NCBI GenBank assembly: GCA_964600365.1
Contig: CAZRJG010000006.1
Location: 1-61,729 of the forward strand
Direction of reading: 5' to 3'
Length of the DNA: 61,729 bases
Source of the DNA: an uncultured Acidimicrobiia bacterium
GTDB taxonomy: Bacteria > Actinomycetota > Acidimicrobiia > Spongiisociales > JAENVV01
In this document: piece after piece, positions 19,164-27,088 of the stretch
Numbering within the stretch: the first letter of the stretch is position 1
Layout of the letters: the number at the start of each line of letters is the position of its first letter
Notes under the pieces: model-generated
What the model was told of the DNA's origin: nothing
The model's input: the letters and a program-made list of their open reading frames with translations, nothing else
Database searches by the model: none
Program-made: the position numbers and the translations under genes

Positions 19164-20048
19164 CACCTTGACAGAGCCGGCGGTGAGGCCGGAGATGATG
19201 TAGCGCTGGAGCATGAGGAACAGGATGAGCATCGGCACCATCAGCATGAGCACCGCGGCCGCTAGCGCCGGCCAGTCGGAGCCGTACACCCCCTGGAACA
19301 CGATGAGTCCCCTGGTGATCGGGTAGAGGTCGTCGTTCGTCAGGTAGATCGTCGGCAGCACGATCTGGTTCCAGATCCCGATGGCGTGAAGGATGAACAC
19401 CGTGGCCACCGCAGGGCGGATGAGGGGGAAGATCACCTGGAAGACGAACCGCAGGTACCCGCACCCATCCACCGCCGCGGACTCGTCGAGTTCCTTCGGG
19501 ATCGACTTGATGTAGTTCACGAGGATGATCATCCCGATCGGGTTGATGAGGAACAGGAAGATGTACCCGGTCCGTGAGTTGTACAAGCCCAGGTTGAGGA
19601 TCAACTGGAACTGGGGGATGAGCGCAGGCGGCAGGAATAACGCCACGACGTACAGGGTGAGCAGGGCGTTCGAGCCCTTGAAGTACCCTCGGGCGATGGG
19701 GAACGCCACGAACAGGGCCGTCACGACCATGATCACCGTGGCGGTGAACGCGTAGAGCGCCGTGTTCGCAAGGTACGTCGGGAAGTTCGCGAGTTCCCAC
19801 GCCTTGACGAAGTTGTCGAACTGCCACGTCTCCGGCAGCCCAACCGGGTTCTTGAAGAACTCGGAGAGCGGCTTGAAGGACGTGAGCACGAGCATCGCGA
19901 TGGGCCAGAGGTAGGCCACTGCCATGACCAGCAGGACGATGTAGGAGAGAACGGACGCCAGCCGAGAACGGTTCGTTGAGCTGCCGAGGACCCGTTCCCT
20001 GAACGTCATGTCCGGGCCGACCATGGCGAGGCGGTCTTCGACGCTCAT
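19164..20048 (-). CDS. Carbohydrate ABC transporter permease (MalG-like); expected stop codon missing, frame reads on to 18648
   Basis: SIPKELDESAAVDG EAA loop; family-typical end QRYIISGLTAGSVK at about 19167 is not followed by a stop. Confidence 0.85.
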
Positions 20049-21016
20049 CCGAGGAACTTCCTTTCACGGTATGCAACGAGTTTGTTGGCCGACATGCCGA
20101 TGATGAGGACCAGGAAGAAGAGCACGATCGATGCCGCGGAGGCAAAGCCCTGCCGGAAGGCATTCGACGTGGATCCCGACGTCTGGCCGAACCCCTGCGC
20201 GAACACGAGGTAGCCGAGCACCTGTGTGCCGGTCTTGTACCCGGTGAGCACCAAGAACAACTCCCAGGCCTGCAGGGACCCGATGATGTTGAGGAGGAAG
20301 TTCGTGTTGATCGCCGGGGTCAGCTGCGGCCACGTGATGTCCCGGAACAGGGCCCATCCGCCGGCACCGTCGATCCTGGCGGCCTCGTACAGGCTCTCAT
20401 CGATGGTCTGCATGCCGGCGAGGAAGATGACCATGGTGATGCCGACGTTCGCCCAGATCTGGACGATGATCACCCAGGTGAACGCAGTGCCGGGGTCGCC
20501 AGCGAGGAACGTCGAAGACATCCCGAAGAACTCCATGACCTTTGCCATGGGTCCGGCAGCGGGGAGGAGGAAGAGCTTCCACATGAGGCCCTGGACAACG
20601 GCCCCGAGCATCACAGGCATGAAGAAGAGGGTCCTGAAGATGGCGCGGCCCTTGAGGGCGCGGTTCAGGATGAGGGCGATGATCAGACCCAGGGTGAACT
20701 GAATGAAGGTCACAAAGAAAGAGAACTGAAGCGTCCGCCACGTCGCTCCGAGGTTGTCACGGGCGATGGCGGAGTTGAACCTCCACTCCCCATTGACCCG
20801 CTGGATGCCGGTGAACTCCGAGTAATTGGAGAGGCCGATGAAGTCGGTCTGCGCGCCCTGGATACCGGTCTCGTTCGTGAAGGAGTACACGGTCGTGGCC
20901 AGCGACGGGCCGATCGCTATGACGAGGTAGAGAAGGATGCCGGGGAGCAGGTACACGAGCGGCATCCAGCGCCGACTCTGCCCTCCGAAAAGGTAGTTCT
21001 TGCTCATCACCGCCAT
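20045..21016 (-). CDS. Carbohydrate ABC transporter permease (MalF-like)
   Basis: FIGLSNY, RTLFFMP and LYEAARIDGAG EAA motif. Confidence 0.92.
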   Translation of the reverse strand: MAVMSKNYLFGGQSRRWMPLVYLLPGILLYLVIAIGPSLATTVYSFTNETGIQGAQTDFIGLSNYSEFTGIQRVNGEWRFNSAIARDNLGATWRTLQFSFFVTFIQFTLGLIIALILNRALKGRAIFRTLFFMPVMLGAVVQGLMWKLFLLPAAGPMAKVMEFFGMSSTFLAGDPGTAFTWVIIVQIWANVGITMVIFLAGMQTIDESLYEAARIDGAGGWALFRDITWPQLTPAINTNFLLNIIGSLQAWELFLVLTGYKTGTQVLGYLVFAQGFGQTSGSTSNAFRQGFASAASIVLFFLVLIIGMSANKLVAYRERKFLG

Positions 21017-21051
21017 GGGTGGGCTCCTCCTCCCGTGCGCTTCACATGTGT

Positions 21052-21081
21052 GTGGGGCGGGCCCTTCCGGACCCGCCCCAC
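21052..21081 (-). terminator. Stem-loop after the solute-binding protein gene (likely stabiliser or partial terminator)
   Basis: Minus strand GTGGGGCGGGTCC-GGAA-GGGCCCGCCCCAC, 13-bp stem (one G.U) with GNRA loop, in the SBP-permease spacer. Confidence 0.65.
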
Positions 21082-21099
21082 GCTTTCTTGTCGACTTGG

Positions 21100-22509
21100 T
21101 TAACCGCCGAGGCCAGCTTCGAGGTCGGCCTGCGTCAGGGCTGCGAGCTCTGCCGGGTCGGTGAACTCACCGAACGGTGCGAACTGCGAAGCAGCGATCG
21201 AACCGTTCGAGTACTGGCCGGCGCCGGTTGGGCCAACCCAGTACTGCTCGAACCCAACCTGGAACGTCCCCATGAGATCGGCAACGTCCTGACCGAGCGG
21301 GGTGTCGAGCACCGCCGTCGGCTGCGTCGGCAGGAAGCCGACCGCATCCACGAAGGCCTGGTAGTTGTCCGGCTCGGAGAACATGGAGACATACGCAACC
21401 GCAGCGTCCTTGTTCGTGGAACCTTCGGCGATCGCCCAACCCTGGTCGTACTTGCCGAACAGGAACTGGTTGTCAGCGGGATCGCTGCTACCCGGGAACG
21501 GGATGTAGGTCCATTCGAAGTCAGCACCATCCTCGACGGGCGGTGCCTGCCAGTTGCCGGTCGGCATGTAGGCGATGTCGCCGGCGACCCAGCGGGCCGG
21601 GGCGGCATCGTGACCGAGACCAGCGGACTCGGGATCGAGCAGCTCGCTCGTGTAGGTCTGGAGACGGGTGAAGTACTCCACGCCCTGTGCATCGTCCCAG
21701 GTGGCTCCACCGGTCCAGAGGGCCTCAACGAAGCCGGCCTGGTCCGGGTAGAAGGAACCGAAGAGACCGTACGCACCGACGAAGATCGGCCAACCGTCGG
21801 CACCACCGACGATCATGCACTTGTAGCCCTCGGCCTTGACGGTGTCACAGGAGGAGACGAGCTCTTCCCAGGTCGTGGGGGTCTCGACGCCTGCGTTCGC
21901 GAGGAGCGTCTCGTTGACGAACATGCCCGAGTAGGTCACACGACCGAGGTTCACGCAGTAGACGCCACCGGCGTAGGAGCAGGCGCCATCAATGGAGGCC
22001 TGGTCGTAGTTGCCGACGAAGTCCTGGCCACCCAGGTCCATGAGGAGGCCGGCGTCGATGAGGGTCTGCCAATTCGGCGGGTTCGCGCCGGACATGTAGT
22101 CCGCCACCGGGTTGGCGAAGCCGAAGATGTCGATGACATCGATGTCACCCGCGGTGAGACGGGTCTGGGTGACCGTGGCGAGGTCGCCGGTGCCCACGAC
22201 GGACATGTCCACCTCGACGCCGGTGGCGTCGGTGAACTTGGCGTTGAACTCCTCCATGAACTCCACCATCGGCGGGTTCTGGTGTACGAGCACCGTGATG
22301 GTGCCGTCGAGTTCCGCGGCGGGAGCCTCGGTGTCGGCGGGGGCGTCGGTGTCGGCGGGGGCCTCGGTGTCGGCCGGGGCCTCGGTCGCTGCAGGGGCCT
22401 CGGTGTCAGCCGGGGCTTCCGTCGTGTCTGCGCTGTCGCCGGCACATGCCGCGGCGATGAGCGAGAGCACGAGCAGGAGGCCGATCAGCTTCCTTCCTTT
22501 GCTTCTCAC
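21100..22509 (-). CDS. Sugar ABC transporter substrate-binding lipoprotein
   Basis: AAGGAG RBS then GTG 22509; lipobox AAAC; TEAPAD linker; P.TWEEL motif. Confidence 0.9.
   Translation of the reverse strand: MRSKGRKLIGLLLVLSLIAAACAGDSADTTEAPADTEAPAATEAPADTEAPADTDAPADTEAPAAELDGTITVLVHQNPPMVEFMEEFNAKFTDATGVEVDMSVVGTGDLATVTQTRLTAGDIDVIDIFGFANPVADYMSGANPPNWQTLIDAGLLMDLGGQDFVGNYDQASIDGACSYAGGVYCVNLGRVTYSGMFVNETLLANAGVETPTTWEELVSSCDTVKAEGYKCMIVGGADGWPIFVGAYGLFGSFYPDQAGFVEALWTGGATWDDAQGVEYFTRLQTYTSELLDPESAGLGHDAAPARWVAGDIAYMPTGNWQAPPVEDGADFEWTYIPFPGSSDPADNQFLFGKYDQGWAIAEGSTNKDAAVAYVSMFSEPDNYQAFVDAVGFLPTQPTAVLDTPLGQDVADLMGTFQVGFEQYWVGPTGAGQYSNGSIAASQFAPFGEFTDPAELAALTQADLEAGLGG
22316..22424 (-). repeat. 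18-bp coding tandem repeat (TEAPAD x6) forming a lipoprotein linker
   Basis: TEAPADTEAPAATEAPADTEAPADTDAPADTEAPAA in the translation. Confidence 0.8.
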
Positions 22510-22581
22510 TATGAGTCTCCTTGTAGGGATCTGAGGGTCCGATCCAAGCCCTGAGTGGCCCGCCCGAATCGCCTCCGTGTT

Positions 22582-22595
22582 TGGGAGCGTTCCCA
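22582..22595. promoter_or_regulatory. CebR/CelR-type LacI operator (1 mismatch)
   Basis: TGGGAGCGTTCCCA. Confidence 0.75.
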
Positions 22596-22604
22596 GCACT
22601 TGTC

Positions 22605-22618
22605 TGGGAGCGCTCCCA
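22605..22618. promoter_or_regulatory. CebR/CelR-type LacI operator (perfect 14-bp palindrome)
   Basis: TGGGAGCGCTCCCA in the divergent SBP/LacI intergenic region. Confidence 0.88.
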
Positions 22619-22693
22619 CGCAATATACTCCTCACCCGGAAGAACCGTCAAGGACGGGTCCTTCCTGAACACTAAAGTGGTGGTTGCTCCGTC

Positions 22694-22707
22694 AAGGAGC
22701 GCTCCCA
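22694..22707. promoter_or_regulatory. CebR/CelR-type LacI operator (2 mismatches), probable autoregulatory site
   Basis: AAGGAGCGCTCCCA, 16 nt before the LacI start. Confidence 0.7.
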
Positions 22708-22723
22708 TAGACGAGGAGAAGGC

Positions 22724-23755
22724 GTGCAACTCACGTTGCAGGACATCGGACGGTTGGCAGGGGTCTCGCGCTCCACCGTGTCCCGCGTGATCAACGAGCA
22801 CGCCAGCGTCAGCCCCGACGTCCGCGCCCGAGTCCTCGAGGTGATCGAGCGCACCGGATACGCCCCGAACCTCGCCGCTCGGTCGCTCGTATCGGGGAGG
22901 AGTGGCGTCATTGGGCTCGTCATCCCGAGTCGCGTCCACTCCCTCTTCGAGGATCCCTACTTCTCGAGGTTGATCGGCGGCATCTCCTCGGCGGCCAACG
23001 AGAGCGGCAAGACGCTCTCACTCTTCCTCTTCCAGAACGAGGAGGAGGAAGCAGCCCTCTACCCCCGGGTCATCGCAAGTCGCTTCCTCGACGGCCTCAT
23101 CATCACCGCGACCCGCATGGCCGACCCCCTCGTTGCGCGCATCAACACCGACGAGGTACCCATCGTGATGGTCGGCCGACCCGACATCGACGGCATCAGC
23201 TACGTCGACGCCGACAACCGGGGAGGCGGACACCATGCCGCAACCCACCTCGCTGACCTTGGGCACCAACGCATCGGCCTCATCGCCGCTCCCGCCAACA
23301 CCACGGCGGGCCTCGATCGGACGAATGGATTCATCGAGGGGCTCGCCACCAGGGGTCGAGCGCTCCATCCTTCGCTGCGCGCCGAGGGTGACTTCAGTGC
23401 AGCAAGCGGGTACGCGGCAATGCAGCAGCTCATCCCCAACAGCCCCGACGCCGTGTTCGTCGCCTCGGACACCATGGCGATCGGTGCGCTCCGGTTACTC
23501 AGGGAGCGCGGGATCAGGGTCCCCGAGGATGTCGCCGTGATGGGATTCGACGGACTCGCGCCCTCGACAGCCACATCGCCACGCCTCACCACCATGCACC
23601 AGCCCGTGGCGGACACGGGACGGCGCGCCGTCCGGATCCTCGACGGACTCGTGAACGGGACGCTGCGGAGTCCAGTCATAGAGATCCTCCCCGTCGACCT
23701 CGTGGTGCGGGAGTCCTGTGGCACGAGCATCAGAACCACGACGGAGGCTCCCTGA
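22724..23755 (+). CDS. LacI family transcriptional regulator (CebR/CelR-like)
   Basis: TLQDIGRLAGVSRSTVSRVIN HTH; Y.PN.AARSL hinge; F.DPYF; periplasmic-binding-fold tail. Confidence 0.95.
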   Translation: MQLTLQDIGRLAGVSRSTVSRVINEHASVSPDVRARVLEVIERTGYAPNLAARSLVSGRSGVIGLVIPSRVHSLFEDPYFSRLIGGISSAANESGKTLSLFLFQNEEEEAALYPRVIASRFLDGLIITATRMADPLVARINTDEVPIVMVGRPDIDGISYVDADNRGGGHHAATHLADLGHQRIGLIAAPANTTAGLDRTNGFIEGLATRGRALHPSLRAEGDFSAASGYAAMQQLIPNSPDAVFVASDTMAIGALRLLRERGIRVPEDVAVMGFDGLAPSTATSPRLTTMHQPVADTGRRAVRILDGLVNGTLRSPVIEILPVDLVVRESCGTSIRTTTEAP

Positions 23756-26700
23756 TGACCGCTACCCCGCCGATCACCGCGACGTCGGGCGGCACCCTCG
23801 TCGAACTCGGTGGCACGTCGTGGTACCGCATCGATCGACTCGAGCGGATGGATCCCTTCCTGGTGAGCGTCATGTCGAACTCGGACCTGTGGCTCTTCGC
23901 CTCGAGTGCAGGATCGCTCACCCTCGGGCGCGTCGACGCCGACAACTCCCTCCTCCCCTATGAGACCGACGATCGCCTCCATCGTTCGGCCGGCATCACG
24001 GGCCCAGTGACCGTGATCACCCGTGGCGAAGATGCTGACCGGGGTGTGTGGCGACCATTCGGCGCAGACGTCAACCCGTCCGCTCGCCGGGCGCTTGCGA
24101 AGTCGACGCTCGGCAACCAGCTCTTCTTCGAGGAAACCCATGACGGGTGGGGCCTCACCTTCAGGGTGACCTGGTCCCCCGCCCCCCACTACGGGTGGGT
24201 GCGGACAGTCGAACTCATCGACGAGTCGGGCGCCGGGCAACGGATTCGCGTCCTCGATGGGCTCATTGACGTGATGCCGTCGGGCATCGGATCCGCGTTC
24301 GAGTCAGCCATGTCGAACCTCGCCGATGCGTACAAGCGCGCCGAGACGGGGCGATGGGGAAGCGCGGCGATCTACACCCTCGAATCGAGGATCACCGACA
24401 CCGCGCAGCCCGCTGAGTCACTCTCGGCTAATGTCGTCTGGAGCTTCGGCGACGCTCCCTCCGAACTGCTCCTCGACGAACGGGCAGTCCGCGCCGAGGT
24501 GGAGGGGAGGGCATGGCCAGCCACCGGCCTGCTCTTCGGACGCCGGGGCTCCTATCTCCGCAGGGGCGAGGTGGTGGTGCCCCCGAGCGGCACGACGTCG
24601 TGGTCACTCGTCGGGGACACCGGCCTCGACCACGCCCGCGTCCTCGATTCCGTGGCCGCCGCCCAGCATCCAGGCGCATCTGACCTCGTCGGGAACGATG
24701 TCAGGGAGGGGACGGCGCAACTCCGCCGGTTCCTGACCGGCTCCGACGGCTTCCAGTCCACCGGTGATCCCGTTGCCGACGCACATCACCTCTCGAACGT
24801 GATGTCCAACTCGATGCGGGGCGGCCTGCTCCCCTATGGCATGTCCCTGCCCATCGACGGGTTCATCGACCATCTCGCGACGTGGAACCTCCCCGCGTTC
24901 AGGGCCTACGCCGACACGATCGAGGCGTGGGGTGACGAGTGCACCCTCGCCGAGTTGCACGGCTACGCCCGTTCGACGGGCGATGTTGATCTCGAGCGCC
25001 TCGTCCTCGAGTACCTCCCCCTCGCGTTCTCGCGCCGGCACGGCGATCCGAGTCGACCCTGGAACCGCTTCTCCATCCGGGTCAGCGACGAGTCCGGAGA
25101 CGAGGTGTTCGGCTACCAGGGCAACTGGCGTGACATCTTCCAGAACTGGGAGGCCCTCCTCCTCTCGCACCCGGGCTTCGCGTCACATGCCGTGGCCAAG
25201 TTCGTCAATGCCTCGACGCTCGACGGGCACAACCCGTATCGGATCACCCAGGAGGGCGTCGACTGGGAGGTGCCCGATCCCCATGACCCGTGGGCGCACA
25301 TCGGATACTGGGGCGACCACCAGGTGGTGTACCTCCACCGACTACTCGACCTGTGGGACCGCTTCGACCCGGGGGACATCGACCAGTGGTTGGCGAAGAG
25401 GGTGTTCGTCTACGCCGACGTCCCCTACACGCTCGCCGGCCATGACGCCATGCTCGCCGATCCCCGTGAGACGATCACCTTCGACGAGCGGCGGGCCGCC
25501 GCGGTCGACTCCCGCGTGGCGTCGATCGGCTCCGACGGGAGGCTCGTCGTCGACACCGAAGGGGAGATCGTGCGTGTCGGGCTGCTCGAGAAACTCCTCG
25601 TACCCGCCCTTGCCAAGCTCACCGCGCTCGTCCCGGGCGGAGGCATCTGGCTGAACACCCAGCGCCCCGAATGGAACGATGCGAACAACGCCCTCGCCGG
25701 CTACGGCCTGTCGATGGTGACGCTCTACCACCTCAACTCCTACCTCGGCACGCTGCGCCGACTCATCGAGCGACACGGAGCCGGCGCGACCCTCTCGGGC
25801 GCCGTCGCCGGATGGTTCGGCGACCTCCGTGCGGCACTCGACCACGCCGCCCCCGCCATCGCTGCGACCGACGACCAGGCGAGGCGCTCCATGCTCGATC
25901 GGCTGGGACGCGCCGGTGAGGCGTATCGAACCGCTGCACTGGCCGGCTTCGACACCTCAGAGGTCGCCATCGAGACCGACGCCCTCCTCTCATTCCTCGA
26001 CTCGGCTCTCGCCCACCTCTCGGCTGCGATCGGGACCGCGAAACGCAGGGACGGGCTGTACGACGCCTACAACCTCGTGTCGTTCCCCGACGAGGCATCC
26101 GCACGGGTCTCCCGCCTCGGGCCGATGCTCGAGGGTCAGGTGGCGGTGCTCTCCTCGGGAGCCCTCGATCCACGGGCGTCCCTCGCAGTCGTGGAGGCGC
26201 TCTTCTCGTCCGGCATGTACCGGCCCGATCAGAACTCCTTCATGCTGTACCCGGTCAAGGAGCTCCCACGATTCCTCGACAAGAACACCGTGCGCAACGG
26301 GGGCCTGGCACCTCTCGCCGACCGCCTCGCTGGAGCAGGGATCATCGTGCGGGACGCCGACGGCGGGATCCACTTCACCCCTCCCATGGAGAACGCCGGT
26401 TCCCTTGGACGGGCGCTCACACGCGCCCGGTTCTCCGCAGCCGAGCAGTCGCTCGTGCAGGATGCCTACGAGGCCACGTTCGACCACCACTCCTTCACGG
26501 GGCGCTCCGGATCGATGTACGGGTACGAAGGGATCGGTTCGATCTTCTGGCACATGGTCGGCAAGCTCCTCGTCGCAGTGCAGGAGACGTGCCTCACCGC
26601 ACGTGAGGTCACCGACCCGGTGGCATGCAGCCGGCTCGGGGAGATGTACCTGCGGGTCCGCGACGGCCTCGGCTTCCGCAAGGACCCGGCCACGTTCGGT

Positions 26701-27084
26701 GCGATCCCAACCGACTGCTACTCCCACTCACCGGCCCACTCGGGCGCCCAGCAGCCTTGGATGACCGGTTCGGTGAAGGAGGGCGTGATCGCCCGGCTCG
26801 GCGAGTTGGGGCTCCGGGTCCAAGATGGCACGCTCGCCCTCGGCCGGCCGCTCATCCCCGAAGCCGAACTCTTCGACGCCGACGGCGTGGCGACCTTCTC
26901 CTACTGCGGTGTGCCAATGACCATCCGGAGGGGGGGATCGGACTCCGTCGCCCTCAAGCAGAACGGATCCTGGGGCTCACCGCGGGCGGGCACCCGCCTG
27001 GACGAGGCAACCTCCCGCGAGATCTTCGACCGCACCGGCACCATCGAAGCTGTGCAGTTCACCCTCGGGGGTCCCCATCTCTGA
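23755..27084 (+). CDS. GH149-like beta-1,3-glucan phosphorylase
   Basis: About 1100 aa; RRHGDPSRPWNRFSI, YQGNWRDIFQNWEAL, GYWGDHQ, NTQRPEWNDANNAL and FTGRSG..YGYEG.GSI.WHMV motifs recalled for GH149; GH16 and GH3 neighbours. Confidence 0.8.
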   Translation: MTATPPITATSGGTLVELGGTSWYRIDRLERMDPFLVSVMSNSDLWLFASSAGSLTLGRVDADNSLLPYETDDRLHRSAGITGPVTVITRGEDADRGVWRPFGADVNPSARRALAKSTLGNQLFFEETHDGWGLTFRVTWSPAPHYGWVRTVELIDESGAGQRIRVLDGLIDVMPSGIGSAFESAMSNLADAYKRAETGRWGSAAIYTLESRITDTAQPAESLSANVVWSFGDAPSELLLDERAVRAEVEGRAWPATGLLFGRRGSYLRRGEVVVPPSGTTSWSLVGDTGLDHARVLDSVAAAQHPGASDLVGNDVREGTAQLRRFLTGSDGFQSTGDPVADAHHLSNVMSNSMRGGLLPYGMSLPIDGFIDHLATWNLPAFRAYADTIEAWGDECTLAELHGYARSTGDVDLERLVLEYLPLAFSRRHGDPSRPWNRFSIRVSDESGDEVFGYQGNWRDIFQNWEALLLSHPGFASHAVAKFVNASTLDGHNPYRITQEGVDWEVPDPHDPWAHIGYWGDHQVVYLHRLLDLWDRFDPGDIDQWLAKRVFVYADVPYTLAGHDAMLADPRETITFDERRAAAVDSRVASIGSDGRLVVDTEGEIVRVGLLEKLLVPALAKLTALVPGGGIWLNTQRPEWNDANNALAGYGLSMVTLYHLNSYLGTLRRLIERHGAGATLSGAVAGWFGDLRAALDHAAPAIAATDDQARRSMLDRLGRAGEAYRTAALAGFDTSEVAIETDALLSFLDSALAHLSAAIGTAKRRDGLYDAYNLVSFPDEASARVSRLGPMLEGQVAVLSSGALDPRASLAVVEALFSSGMYRPDQNSFMLYPVKELPRFLDKNTVRNGGLAPLADRLAGAGIIVRDADGGIHFTPPMENAGSLGRALTRARFSAAEQSLVQDAYEATFDHHSFTGRSGSMYGYEGIGSIFWHMVGKLLVAVQETCLTAREVTDPVACSRLGEMYLRVRDGLGFRKDPATFGAIPTDCYSHSPAHSGAQQPWMTGSVKEGVIARLGELGLRVQDGTLALGRPLIPEAELFDADGVATFSYCGVPMTIRRGGSDSVALKQNGSWGSPRAGTRLDEATSREIFDRTGTIEAVQFTLGGPHL

Positions 27085-27088
27085 GTGG

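Noticed and set aside
22316-22424. Short tandem repeat considered as CRISPR or VNTR
   Set aside because: In-frame 18-bp degenerate units encoding a TEAPAD lipoprotein linker; no spacers and no cas genes
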